Positions 32,171 through 41,689 of a DNA stretch of 64,000 nt are shown here, in pieces (the first letter of the stretch is position 1; every line of letters starts with the position of its first letter). The stretch comes from an uncultured Methanosarcinales archaeon (GTDB lineage: Archaea > Nanobdellota > Nanobdellia > Woesearchaeales > 21-14-0-10-32-9), in contig CAZCTY010000002.1 in the NCBI GenBank assembly GCA_964501945.1, forward strand, positions 2,541 through 66,540, given 5' to 3'. The notes below the pieces were generated by a model. It was not told the origin of the DNA, searched no databases, and worked only from the letters and a program-made list of their open reading frames with translations. Both the position numbers and the translations under genes were made by a program.

Positions 32171-32172
32171 AA

Positions 32173-33000
32173 TTATCCCTCCAAATCCAATTTTTTAATC
32201 TCAATTGAAATAACATTATCATCAAGCGTCCTAATATATAGAGGACATACTTGATATGGTAAATTGTTTTCTTCACAGAACTTTATTAAGTTTTCCCTTT
32301 TAGAACCAACCGCTTTTACAAATATATTAATAGAATCATTATTGTTTAACACATCAAAGCCACTGCTTAAAAGCTTCTTTTTAATACTTGAAGAAAACTC
32401 AACCCAACGCTTCTTTTTTTTTAAAACATTATCTAAAGCCAAAGATAATTCATCAAAAGATATACCCTCACCACTACCTTGAAAGTGCTCATTTTTTAAA
32501 TCAAGTAATAACTTTAAATGATGATCTGAATCAAATGCTATGAACGCGCCCCCCGAGCTAATAGATAAAGGCTTGTCTTTACCAAAACTACCAATTAAAA
32601 AATCTCCCCTCGTAGAGTAATCCTCACCAATAGAAGATACAATATCATGCACGAATAAAGAACCAGTTTTTTTAATTTCATCAAAGAAAGTAAACTTGTC
32701 AATGTATGCATAACCTGGATTACTATTCAATAAAACTAAAGCAGGAATAAAAGGAAACTTATCTTTTAAAAGAACACCTGATTGCATAGGAGCTTTTATA
32801 ACATTCAACCCAACTTTTAAACCCGATTTTTCATAAGTATACCACCCACCTTCTTCTTGAATTATTAGATCATTAAAACCTAATTTTTTTGCAAGAAACA
32901 TTAAAAGCTCCGCTGCATGCCTGCATTTATCCATAAACAAAAAATGCTTTTTCCCAGTTAATTGATTTAATTTAACAACAACATCACTCAAATCAACCAC
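32173..33000 (-). CDS. hypothetical protein with weak resemblance to fold-type I PLP enzymes (DegT/DnrJ-like)
   Basis: VHDIVSSIGEDYSTRGDFLIGSFGKDKPLSISSGGAF resembles the D..Q/H..G....GD...FSF...K....GGGA region around the PLP lysine. At 275 aa it is short for that family. Confidence 0.3.
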   Translation of the reverse strand: MVDLSDVVVKLNQLTGKKHFLFMDKCRHAAELLMFLAKKLGFNDLIIQEEGGWYTYEKSGLKVGLNVIKAPMQSGVLLKDKFPFIPALVLLNSNPGYAYIDKFTFFDEIKKTGSLFVHDIVSSIGEDYSTRGDFLIGSFGKDKPLSISSGGAFIAFDSDHHLKLLLDLKNEHFQGSGEGISFDELSLALDNVLKKKKRWVEFSSSIKKKLLSSGFDVLNNNDSINIFVKAVGSKRENLIKFCEENNLPYQVCPLYIRTLDDNVISIEIKKLDLEG

Positions 33001-33634
33001 CCATTTTTATAGCAAAAAAACCACTAACATCAATAATTTTTTTAGACGCATCATGATGAGTAAATGTTTTTTTTAGAACATAATCAAAATCAAACACTTC
33101 AACGACTTCAAAGTTATTAACGTTAAAAAAATCTAAGACATATTCTTTAGTGCTAGACTTGTGAATACTTAAAATTTTATTAGACAGAGAAATAGCCTTT
33201 TCCAAAAATAAAGTGTCCATGTGCTTAGTCTTAGTACCAAAAGGAGGATTCATAATTACCAAATCAAAAGAACCACTAGAAGATGAAACATCACCTAAAA
33301 CAACTTCAAAATCAGGCAACTCATATTCCTCACCGATTAAAGCCAAGTTATCTTTTAAAATTTTTAATGCAACCTCATCTTTTTCTAAGAAAACAACCCT
33401 CTTCGCGCCAAGAAGCAGAGCGCCAATACCAAGAATGCCCGTGCCCGCACCGAGATCTAAAATAGTTTTCCCTTCAATGTTACCCCTCATATTCATAGAC
33501 CAAAGTAACTCCGCAGCGACCCCACTATCTGTTAAATATTGCTCCAAATCAATTTTTGGCTCCTTAAAGTCTTCAACTTTAGAGAGCACCCTTGCTAAGT
33601 GTTTTAAAGACATAAAAATAAGAGAATACGTCAC
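32993..33634 (-). CDS. METTL5-like SAM-dependent N6-adenine (rRNA) methyltransferase
   Basis: SAM motif ILDLGAGTGILGIGALLLGA, and the NPPFG motif in DLVIMNPPFGTK. Confidence 0.7.
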   Translation of the reverse strand: MTYSLIFMSLKHLARVLSKVEDFKEPKIDLEQYLTDSGVAAELLWSMNMRGNIEGKTILDLGAGTGILGIGALLLGAKRVVFLEKDEVALKILKDNLALIGEEYELPDFEVVLGDVSSSSGSFDLVIMNPPFGTKTKHMDTLFLEKAISLSNKILSIHKSSTKEYVLDFFNVNNFEVVEVFDFDYVLKKTFTHHDASKKIIDVSGFFAIKMGG

Positions 33635-33747
33635 ACTTTAAAAAAGTTAACTTAAAAAATATAATAAAAAAATATTAGTGACAAAATATAATATGCAATA
33701 CTAAACATAAATATTTAAAAACACAACACCATTACCAAGATACCAAG

Positions 33748-34278
33748 GTGTTAGGGGCTATAGGTATAAAGAATGAAGCGAAGAAGCTAAAGGATATACA
33801 AAACGGTGTTAGAGCAGGATTTAAAGAGATAAAATTCGAGTTAGAAGACCATTTAGAATCTATAAATAAGAGCACTCATGAAATACAACAACTCTACGAT
33901 TTTATGAACGAGTTAGATGCAAAAGTAGACAAAATAAATGAGAGAATAGACGAATTACAACTTGCAATAAATCCAGAAGTTGAGAGCAAACACGAAATAA
34001 AATTAACAAATAGAGAACAAGAAGTATTCATGGTACTATATGCAGAAGAGAAAACAACACAAAAAGGCATAGCAAAAAAACTAGGCTTCACAGAAGAGAT
34101 GGTCAATAAATACATATACAATTTAATATCAAAAGGAATACCTGTTTTAAGAGAGTATGAAGAAAACATGACTTCTTTCTCATTAGATTTAAAGTTTAAA
34201 GATATGCAAGCGAAGAAAAACATATTAAATATAAACGAAACAATTTCAAGAGAGATACTAGCAGAGAAAACACTATAA
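33748..34278 (+). CDS. coiled-coil plus C-terminal HTH DNA-binding protein (GTG start)
   Basis: LTNREQEVFMVLYAEEKTTQKGIAKKLGFTEEMVNKYIYNLISKGI is a LuxR/sigma-r4-like HTH. The N-terminal half is heptad-like. Confidence 0.5.
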   Translation: MLGAIGIKNEAKKLKDIQNGVRAGFKEIKFELEDHLESINKSTHEIQQLYDFMNELDAKVDKINERIDELQLAINPEVESKHEIKLTNREQEVFMVLYAEEKTTQKGIAKKLGFTEEMVNKYIYNLISKGIPVLREYEENMTSFSLDLKFKDMQAKKNILNINETISREILAEKTL

Positions 34279-34327
34279 GAAATAAACAACAGTTAATTTT
34301 ATAAACAAAGAAAGGTTCCAAATAAAA

Positions 34328-34606
34328 ATGAAAATCACAACAATAGAAAATAAAGCGCAAAAACTAGTATTTGAACTAGAAGGCGCAGATCACACACTAT
34401 GCAACGCGATAAAAGATGAACTAAACAACCAAGACGATGTAACCGTCGCGACATACGCAATCGACCACCCTCAAAGAGGAAAACCAAAGTTCTTCATAGA
34501 AACAAAGAAAGGAACAAAACCAAAAGACGCACTAACAAAAGCAACAGAATCATTAAAAAAGAAAAACGCAGCGTTCTTAAAATCCTTTAAAACAATAAAA
34601 GCATAA
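34328..34606 (+). CDS. rpoL: RNA polymerase subunit L (Rpb11 homologue)
   Basis: LVFELEGADHTLCNAIKDELNNQDDVTVATYAIDHPQRGKPKFFIETKKG. Confidence 0.85.
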   Translation: MKITTIENKAQKLVFELEGADHTLCNAIKDELNNQDDVTVATYAIDHPQRGKPKFFIETKKGTKPKDALTKATESLKKKNAAFLKSFKTIKA

Positions 34607-34620
34607 AAAAAAATTTTTAT
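34605..34620. terminator. bidirectional oligo-T terminator between convergent rpoL and uppS
   Basis: The run A9T5 fills the 10-nt gap between the two stop codons, giving a T-run on each transcribed strand. Confidence 0.35.
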
Positions 34621-35315
34621 TTACCAAATCTACGCTCCCTATTAGAAAAAGCCTCAACGCACTCAATAAAGTCTTCTCTGCTAAACTCAGGCCATTTCTT
34701 ATCAACAAAAAACCACTCAGAATAAATACTCTGCCAAGGCAAAAAATTACTAGTCCTACAATTACCACCAGTCCTAATAATCAAATCAGGATCACTTCTA
34801 AGATATAAATAATCTTGAAAAAGCTCCTCATCAATATCACAAGGATCAATCAAACCTTCTTTAACTTTTAGAGCAATATTTTTAACAGCGCGAACAATTT
34901 CTTCACGACCACCATAACCAAGAGCCAAGTTAAAAAAATAGTTGTTATTATTCTCAGTTACATCAACGAGCTCTTGAAGCTTTGCTTGAACTTCTTGAGG
35001 AAAAGGAGAAATATCACCAAGAATCCTAACCTTAGTGCCAGATGTTAAAAATTCAGAATCTCCTAAAGCCTTATTTGCAGCAGATAAAAAAATTTTCATC
35101 AAATAATCAAATTCTTTTTTAGGCCTGTTAATATTTTGAGAAGAAAAAGCATAAACAGTAACCTCTTTTATACCAGCATCCTTAGCCCAAGATAATAAAT
35201 CAAAAACCTTTTTTTCACCATACTCATGACCCTTCCAAGGATTCAAATTCAAAGATTTAGCAAACCTACGATTACCATCCATAACGATGCCAACATGCCT
35301 AGGAACGCCACCCAT
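34617..35315 (-). CDS. uppS: undecaprenyl/di-trans,poly-cis-prenyl diphosphate synthase
   Basis: HVGIVMDGNRRFA, YAFSSQN and IRTGGNCRTSNFLPWQS motifs. Confidence 0.9.
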   Translation of the reverse strand: MGGVPRHVGIVMDGNRRFAKSLNLNPWKGHEYGEKKVFDLLSWAKDAGIKEVTVYAFSSQNINRPKKEFDYLMKIFLSAANKALGDSEFLTSGTKVRILGDISPFPQEVQAKLQELVDVTENNNNYFFNLALGYGGREEIVRAVKNIALKVKEGLIDPCDIDEELFQDYLYLRSDPDLIIRTGGNCRTSNFLPWQSIYSEWFFVDKKWPEFSREDFIECVEAFSNRERRFGK

Positions 35316-35321
35316 AAAAAA

Positions 35322-35771
35322 TCAAATCTCCTTATATTCTTCAGGTAAAAAATCAAACATATTTTCTAATAAATCAGGCTCAATACCAAAAATATCTTTC
35401 ATCGTAATAATCCCACGAAGAACACCATTTTCAATAACAGGAAGACGCCTAACATCATTATCATTCATAAGCGTCATCGCAGTGTAAATACTCCTACCAG
35501 GATTAATACTGATAATTTGTTTTGCAGGTGTCATAATATCTTTAACAAACGCTTTTTTAGGATCTACACCAGAGGAGACAATTTTAACAACTAAATCCTG
35601 CTCAGTTACAATGCCACGAAAAACATCTCCTTTCATAACAAGCAAACTACCAACTTCTTTAGACGACATAACCTCTGCGCACTCTTTTGCTGAAACAGAC
35701 TCCTCAATGCTCACAGGAGTAGTAGTCATAATATCCCTAACCAAATATTTTCTCATTATAATAACCCCCAA
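35322..35771 (-). CDS. CBS-domain pair protein
   Basis: Two CBS repeats (VRDIMTTTPVSI.. and VKDIMTPAKQIISI..RRLPVIENGVLRGIIT). Confidence 0.8.
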   Translation of the reverse strand: MGVIIMRKYLVRDIMTTTPVSIEESVSAKECAEVMSSKEVGSLLVMKGDVFRGIVTEQDLVVKIVSSGVDPKKAFVKDIMTPAKQIISINPGRSIYTAMTLMNDNDVRRLPVIENGVLRGIITMKDIFGIEPDLLENMFDFLPEEYKEI

Positions 35772-35778
35772 CCATAAT

Positions 35779-37617
35779 TTATAATATAAGCTTTATCTTT
35801 TCTTTAAATATTTTATTCAAATCAGATATTAAAGATTCACAAACATGAAGCTCACCTTGCTGAACAGGAACCTCTAAAGCATCCTCAAATTCTTTAGGCT
35901 CACAACTAACAACCTTAGAAATCTTACCCTCTTTCAAATAAGCCTTCCTAATATTTTTCTCAGGAACCTCAATATCCTCAATTAAAAATATGTTATCACC
36001 TGCAAGAATTATCTCACCAGTTTTATCCCCATGCATAAACCTCACACGAGTTTTTTGAACCTCAAGCAAACGCCTACGCTGAACATGCTCCATTAACTCC
36101 ATGATAACAAATTTAGCATTAGATAATAATTTACTAACCTCAGCTTTCGCAAGCTTGCCAGCCTCAAAATCTTTTTTAGATGAGAAAATATTCTTTAATT
36201 CAGAGAACGTATTAGGCGAGAGCAAACCCTTATCAGAGAGCTCTTTTTTAGTAACTTTAATTAAAGAAGCATCATCAACCTCATCAATACCATGCACCCT
36301 AAGAGTTTCTTTTAGCGCATGAGTTAACTCATCGAATAATTTGACAAAAACATCCGTATCCTTCAATGATTGAATCTCATCAAACAACTTCTTCATACGA
36401 GTTAAAAACGCCTCAGTATCATCATAGAGCTCATCTAATAACTTACCTGAAACTTTCTTTAACTTAGAGTGCTCTAAGTCTTTTCTAACCTTAACGAGTC
36501 TCTCCAATATTTTAACATGCTTATCATCTAATAACTTTTCTTTTTTAACAAAAATATGCCTTAAAACATCAGAACACTCCTTAGGAGTTGGAGGAGGCAA
36601 ACCATAAATCATAATAGCTGCTTGACTCGTAGTTAAAGCAGCCCAATAAAAATCCTCCATAGCCATTTCTTTAAATTTCATAGAAACCCTATCTAGAACC
36701 TGATCACCAGCTTGAGAGTACATATCAATCGCCTCAGGACTAGGCTTTATACGACCCATCTGCAAAAGCTGCTTCCACGGCATAAACGTACCACGATCAT
36801 AGAGCGGAACACCATCCCTTAAAAAAGTAAAAATGACAGGCTGAGCCTCTTTAACATTCTCCCAGAAATCAGTAAGCAAATAAACCTGAACGCCAAGCTC
36901 TTTATCAATACCAGTCATCTTACGAACTTCATAAGTCATACTAATAATAATTGATCGCAGCTTGTCTTTAAGCTCCGCGCGAGTCATCTTTTTAACATCA
37001 GTATCATCAATTATAACAAAAGTATCAACATCAGACTCAGGACTCGCACGCCCTTGAACTAAACTACCCGCAAGAACATAAGAGACAATGTATTTTTCAA
37101 ACTTTTTAATAACCATTGCTTTGTGAATCTCAGCGAGCTTCATAGACGCTAAAACACCAGTATCATAAACCGCGGCGGAGTTTGCAATCATCTCAGCAAT
37201 CTCATATTTAGAATCAAGACAATTAGCCCAAATATCAGTCATTAAAATAGTTAAAGGAACAATGGATTCGTTAACCTCACCAGATAATTTTTTAACAACC
37301 TCCGCAACTTTTTCACGAAGCTCATCTTTACTCATCTTCTTACTATCAGAATCATCAATTACAACAAGAACATTAACATTTTCTTTTTTATCATCTTCTT
37401 TACTTGGAGGAAGCAAAGCCAACCCAGACAAATTACCCTCAAATCTACCTAAAAGCTTTTCTTTAAAAGTCTCCAAGTTCTTCTTGATATCATCAAGCTT
37501 TTTTTGAGAAGTCGCATCAAGCTCAGGAACAGAACCCGCGCCTGCTTGATTTTCAAAATTATCAGACTTAACAGTATCTTTTTGTTTATTCTTTTTACCC
37601 TGATTTTTCTTCGCCAT
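35779..37617 (-). CDS. tandem nucleotidyltransferase-fold protein with a HEPN-like helical module and a long C-terminal extension
   Basis: The second module AGSLVQGRASPESDVDTFVIIDD matches the minimal NTase GS..G..x..SD(V)D motif. The first module is degenerate (NVNVLVVIDDSD). The downstream helical region ends in VRKDLEH (an Rx4H pattern). Confidence 0.45.
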   Translation of the reverse strand: MAKKNQGKKNKQKDTVKSDNFENQAGAGSVPELDATSQKKLDDIKKNLETFKEKLLGRFEGNLSGLALLPPSKEDDKKENVNVLVVIDDSDSKKMSKDELREKVAEVVKKLSGEVNESIVPLTILMTDIWANCLDSKYEIAEMIANSAAVYDTGVLASMKLAEIHKAMVIKKFEKYIVSYVLAGSLVQGRASPESDVDTFVIIDDTDVKKMTRAELKDKLRSIIISMTYEVRKMTGIDKELGVQVYLLTDFWENVKEAQPVIFTFLRDGVPLYDRGTFMPWKQLLQMGRIKPSPEAIDMYSQAGDQVLDRVSMKFKEMAMEDFYWAALTTSQAAIMIYGLPPPTPKECSDVLRHIFVKKEKLLDDKHVKILERLVKVRKDLEHSKLKKVSGKLLDELYDDTEAFLTRMKKLFDEIQSLKDTDVFVKLFDELTHALKETLRVHGIDEVDDASLIKVTKKELSDKGLLSPNTFSELKNIFSSKKDFEAGKLAKAEVSKLLSNAKFVIMELMEHVQRRRLLEVQKTRVRFMHGDKTGEIILAGDNIFLIEDIEVPEKNIRKAYLKEGKISKVVSCEPKEFEDALEVPVQQGELHVCESLISDLNKIFKEKIKLIL

Positions 37618-37758
37618 TATAAGAACCCCATTAATTTCTATAAAAACAATAAAAGAGCAAGCGCATAGTTATATAAATGTTTTGCCGAAAACAATGAAAA
37701 ACCTACGAAAAATGAAAAGAAAACCTTTATTAAAAGAAAAGAAATTCAAAGAAAAACA

Positions 37759-38322
37759 ATGAAAATAACAATATCAGGAACACTTGGAAGCGGGAAGAGC
37801 ACAGTAGCTGGAAAAATAGCAAAAGCACTAAATCTAAAACAATACCAAAGCGGCGGATTTATGCGAAAAATGGCAGATGAGCGAGGAATTACACTAAACA
37901 AATTACAAGAACTAGCAGAAAAGAGCAGAGATATAGATGATGAAATTGATAATAGACAAAAAAAACTTGGAGAAGAAGAAAACAATTTCATATTCGAGGG
38001 AAGATTAGGATACCACTTCATACCAGATTCATATAAAATATTTCTAAAAACAAATGTAGACGTTGCAGCAGAGAGGATACAAAAATCAATGGATGAGAAA
38101 AACGATGAGAGAACAAGAGAAGGATTGAAAAATGATAAAGAAGAAATTATACAAAGCCTGAAGAGAAGACGAGAATCAGAAAAGAAACGATACAGAGAAT
38201 TATACAACTTAGATTATGAAGATGAAAACAATTATGATTTAATAATAGATACCACGAATATTAACGCAGACGAAGTATCGAAGATAGCAATTGAAAAAAT
38301 AAAAGAACACTACAAAAAATAA
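37759..38322 (+). CDS. cmk: archaeal-type cytidylate kinase
   Basis: MKITISGTLGSGKSTVAGKIAKALNLKQYQSGGFMRKMADERG (P-loop plus NMP-binding pattern of COG1102-type Cmk). Confidence 0.75.
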   Translation: MKITISGTLGSGKSTVAGKIAKALNLKQYQSGGFMRKMADERGITLNKLQELAEKSRDIDDEIDNRQKKLGEEENNFIFEGRLGYHFIPDSYKIFLKTNVDVAAERIQKSMDEKNDERTREGLKNDKEEIIQSLKRRRESEKKRYRELYNLDYEDENNYDLIIDTTNINADEVSKIAIEKIKEHYKK

Positions 38323-38337
38323 AAAAAATAAAAAAAA

Positions 38338-38796
38338 TTATTCTTTTTTCTCAGAAGATTTATCTTCTGATTTCTCATCAGCACCCGCAGAGTCTTTTTT
38401 ATCCTCAACAGGCTGCTCAGGCTTAGGCTCTTCAAATAGAGGAGTTTTACCAGCCTTTGAAACTTTAAGATTTATTTGAACAGTTTTCCTCGTAACAGTG
38501 TTACCTGCAACAGTTTTTCTAATCTTCCTACCCGCAACATTTTTCCTAAGACCAATACCCTTAACGATTAAAACTTTTCTCCTAGAACCGCCCTCAACGT
38601 CAGTACGCATAGGAAAACCAGCACTATCACTACCACCAGTTATAACAAGCTCATAACCAGTTAAACCAAATAAATCCCCTTTAACAGAATCGCCGATTTT
38701 TTTACCAACAAAAACTTCAGCTTCAGCATCTTTAACATCTTTTTTCAAAGTCTTCTTAGACTTCGGATCACCAATGTTTAATTTAAATTCAACCAT
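38338..38796 (-). CDS. rps6e: 30S ribosomal protein eS6 (S6e) with an acidic C-terminal tail
   Basis: MVEFKLNIGDPKSKKT..GYELVITGGSDSAGFPMR. The ATG at 38796 has GGAGGT 8 nt upstream. The track start (GTG 38823) is probably an over-extension. Confidence 0.85.
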   Translation of the reverse strand: MVEFKLNIGDPKSKKTLKKDVKDAEAEVFVGKKIGDSVKGDLFGLTGYELVITGGSDSAGFPMRTDVEGGSRRKVLIVKGIGLRKNVAGRKIRKTVAGNTVTRKTVQINLKVSKAGKTPLFEEPKPEQPVEDKKDSAGADEKSEDKSSEKKE

Positions 38797-38888
38797 TTTT
38801 CTATACCTCCCGAGAACATCCACAACAAAAGTTGGGCCTCAGCAAAGAAGAGAAAATAAAGATCATTTTTAAATGTAACTAAAAAAAG

Positions 38889-39497
38889 TTATAACTCTTT
38901 TAAAATATCAGATATTTCATTATTAAAATCACCGCGACCAGAAAAATATTTACTCAAAGCCCAATTATAATCTTTAGGCGAAATATCCATATCAATAATA
39001 CTCACCCTATCAATACTTTTAGAATAAAACTCAGATAAATCTACATTAGGCTTGATAGATGCAAAAATTAACAAATAAGGATCTTTTCTAAAAGCATGCC
39101 TAGCATTACTTAAAACTTCATCAACAGAGTCTAAATAAGAATGCAAGTTACTTGATTTTACCTCAACAACATAAAAATTATTTTTATGCTTGCCTACAAA
39201 GTCAAATTCAAAGACAGGAGATGAACCCTTATAGAATTTTAAATTATGAAAATCCTCAACGACATCAAAGCTAGGATCGCGAACATCATCTTTTGAGAAG
39301 AATTGAAACCCATGATATTTTAAAGCATGCCCCACTAATTGCTCGCTCATCGCGCATTTAACAACACTTTTAAGATTCTTCTTATCACCTAAACGATGAT
39401 TTATACCAACAAAGTCAAGATTACCAACATCATAACCATAACGCCTCAGAGAATTTACAAAAGCCACATGATTTTTATCTTTCATATTATCTTTCAT
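38889..39497 (-). CDS. hypothetical PD-(D/E)xK-like nuclease-fold protein
   Basis: FEFDFVGKHKNNFYVVEVKSSN resembles the D...(D/E)xK core of Hjc/YraN-type nucleases. No other motif was recognised. Confidence 0.3.
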   Translation of the reverse strand: MKDNMKDKNHVAFVNSLRRYGYDVGNLDFVGINHRLGDKKNLKSVVKCAMSEQLVGHALKYHGFQFFSKDDVRDPSFDVVEDFHNLKFYKGSSPVFEFDFVGKHKNNFYVVEVKSSNLHSYLDSVDEVLSNARHAFRKDPYLLIFASIKPNVDLSEFYSKSIDRVSIIDMDISPKDYNWALSKYFSGRGDFNNEISDILKEL

Positions 39498-39543
39498 TAA
39501 AATAAAGAAATTTTAACAATTATAAAAATCTTCTCAAAAAAAA

Positions 39544-39921
39544 TTAACCCCTGTTTTTAAAGTTCCTTTTGATTTTATTTTTCAGCCCAAAAAAATACCT
39601 AGAAAATAAAGCATAAGATGAATCAAGTTCACCAACACCTTTTTTAGATAAAGAATAAACTTTACGCCTACCCTGCTTTTCAAATGAGACAAGCTTTTTA
39701 TTTTTAAGATTTTTCAAAGCAGGATAAATCGTGCCAGGAGTTAGAACAGTTCCTTTCCTCATACCAATTTTTTTAGCCAAATCCTCACCCGCGAGAGGCT
39801 TTTTAGAAAGTTCATGCAAAATTAAAAAGCTAAGAAAGCCTTTAAATTCTATGATAGTTGAATCACTTTTTTTCAAAGAAGAATTTTTAGACCTACTCTT
39901 TTTTACCTTAGCCATTTTCAA
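39544..39921 (-). CDS. PadR-family winged-helix transcriptional regulator
   Basis: FLILHELSKKPLAGEDLAKKI....GTIYPALKNLKNKKLVSFEKQGRRKVYSLSKKG. Confidence 0.8.
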   Translation of the reverse strand: MKMAKVKKSRSKNSSLKKSDSTIIEFKGFLSFLILHELSKKPLAGEDLAKKIGMRKGTVLTPGTIYPALKNLKNKKLVSFEKQGRRKVYSLSKKGVGELDSSYALFSRYFFGLKNKIKRNFKNRG

Positions 39922-40349
39922 TCAAATTTCCTTATTTTATTTACACGACGAAGATGCCTACCACCCTCAAAGTTAGAACTTATAAATTTCTTTAAAATCA
40001 AAAGAGCATCTTTTTTAGAAGACCTACCACTTAAAACTAAGACGTTCGCATTGTTGTGCTTTCGAGCAAGCTCAGCTTCCCTCGGGGATTTGCAAAGCGC
40101 AGCCCTAATACCTTTATGCTTATTTGCAGCAATACTCATACCAATACCCGTGCCGCAAACAAGAACACCAAAAGCTTTTTTTTCAAACACGCTACGAGAT
40201 ACAAGGTGTGCAACGTCAGGATAATCATCCCCCTCTTTATTTGATGGAGATAAATCATGAAACACAATTTTTTTATCGCAAAAAAAATCACTCACCCAAC
40301 GCTTCACGCGAGCACCAGCATGATCACTACCAATAAAAAAAGATTTCAT
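39918..40349 (-). CDS. rpiB: ribose-5-phosphate isomerase B (RpiB/LacAB family)
   Basis: FIGSDHAG..GVLVCGTGIGMSIAANKHKGIRAA..ARKHNNANVLVLSGR. Confidence 0.85.
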   Translation of the reverse strand: MKSFFIGSDHAGARVKRWVSDFFCDKKIVFHDLSPSNKEGDDYPDVAHLVSRSVFEKKAFGVLVCGTGIGMSIAANKHKGIRAALCKSPREAELARKHNNANVLVLSGRSSKKDALLILKKFISSNFEGGRHLRRVNKIRKFD

Positions 40350-41608
40350 TTTCTACCAAACCTCATACGAGGAAAAACATCACGAATCCTCAAAAGCTGA
40401 TTATATTTAGCAGTACGCTCACCACGCGCAGGAGCACCAAGCTTTATTTGACCACAGCCAACCCCAACAGCCAAGTCAGAGATGAAAGGATCCTCAGTCT
40501 CACCACTACGATGACTAACCATGACCTCCCATCCAGCCTCTTTAGCCAAATAAATCGCATCAAGCGCCTCAGTTACGCTACCAACCTGATTGACTTTTAA
40601 AAGCAACGCGTTACAAAGCTTTTTTTGAATAGCAACTTTAATGCGTTCAATGTTAGATACAGTTAAATCATCACCAACGATTTGAACGCGCCTACCAATC
40701 TTCTTAGTTAAAGCTGCAAAGGCCTCAAAGTCATCTTCATGAAAAGGATCTTCAATACTAATAATCCTATAATCGCGCGCAAGCGAAACATAATAATTAA
40801 CAAATTCATCACGCGACATAAATTTATTTTTAAAAACCTCATACTTATCAATATCTGCGCGATAAAACTCAGATGCTGCAGGATCTAAAGCAAACCCAAT
40901 CTTAGAATAATGACCTGCTTTTTTTGCAGCAACAACTAATAAATCAAGTGCTTCCTCAGGCCTGCTAATAGGAGGCGCAAAACCACCCTCATCACCAACG
41001 CTTGTAGCAGATGAACCAAAACTCTCAGCTAAAATCTTCTTTAGAGCATGATAAATTTCAACAATTATTTTAACAGCCTCATCAAAACTTTTAGCTTTAT
41101 ACGGCGCGATCATAAATTCTTGAAATAACAAATCATTACCAGCATGCTCGCCACCATTAATCACATTAGCAAAAGGAATAGGTAACGCAAAGTTTTTGTT
41201 TTTTATCATTTTACCCAAGTATTCATGAAGAGCTAAATCATGAATGGACGCTCCAAGCCTCGCACACGCCATACTAACACCTAAAATAGAGTTTGCACCA
41301 AGATTTTTTTTATTAGGCGAACCATCTCTACCAATCATAGTCTCATCAATTAAAAACTGATCATCAACAGCAAAGCCCTTAAGTGCAGGACTAATACTAC
41401 GCTTAATTTTAGAAATTGCACGAGACACATTTTTACCATTAAAATCCTTACCACCATCCCTTAACTCAACAGCCTCATGAGAACCAGTACTAGCCCCACT
41501 TGGAACCATTGCAGATGCAACTAAAGAATCAGTGTAAACCTCAGCCTCAACAGTAGGATTACCCCTCGAATCAAGAACCATACGCGCATTTAATTTTTCA
41601 ATTTTCAA
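40346..41608 (-). CDS. eno: enolase
   Basis: (L/M)KIEKLNARMVLDSRGNPTVEAEV, SHRSGETED and IKLGAPARGERTAKYNQLLRI. The probable TTG start at 41608 has GGGTG 7 nt upstream. The track ORF extends to 41653. Confidence 0.92.
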   Translation of the reverse strand: MKIEKLNARMVLDSRGNPTVEAEVYTDSLVASAMVPSGASTGSHEAVELRDGGKDFNGKNVSRAISKIKRSISPALKGFAVDDQFLIDETMIGRDGSPNKKNLGANSILGVSMACARLGASIHDLALHEYLGKMIKNKNFALPIPFANVINGGEHAGNDLLFQEFMIAPYKAKSFDEAVKIIVEIYHALKKILAESFGSSATSVGDEGGFAPPISRPEEALDLLVVAAKKAGHYSKIGFALDPAASEFYRADIDKYEVFKNKFMSRDEFVNYYVSLARDYRIISIEDPFHEDDFEAFAALTKKIGRRVQIVGDDLTVSNIERIKVAIQKKLCNALLLKVNQVGSVTEALDAIYLAKEAGWEVMVSHRSGETEDPFISDLAVGVGCGQIKLGAPARGERTAKYNQLLRIRDVFPRMRFGRK

Positions 41609-41689
41609 ACAAAAACACCCCTCAATAAAATTTTTTATAACAAAGAAGAACAAAAAAAGACATATAAATACTTTTTGGAAAAAAAAGGA

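Noticed and set aside
33213-33641. 142-aa and 60-aa plus-strand ORFs
   Set aside because: They are antisense to the METTL5-like methyltransferase, which has clear SAM and NPPF motifs. Their products are low-complexity Ser/Lys/Pro-rich.
33894-34289. 131-aa minus-strand ORF
   Set aside because: It is antisense to the HTH protein gene. The hydrophobic low-complexity product mirrors the Lys/Glu-rich sense frame.
37746-38207. 153-aa minus-strand ORF
   Set aside because: It is antisense to cmk, which has a P-loop and a good RBS context. The product is Ser/Phe/Leu low complexity.
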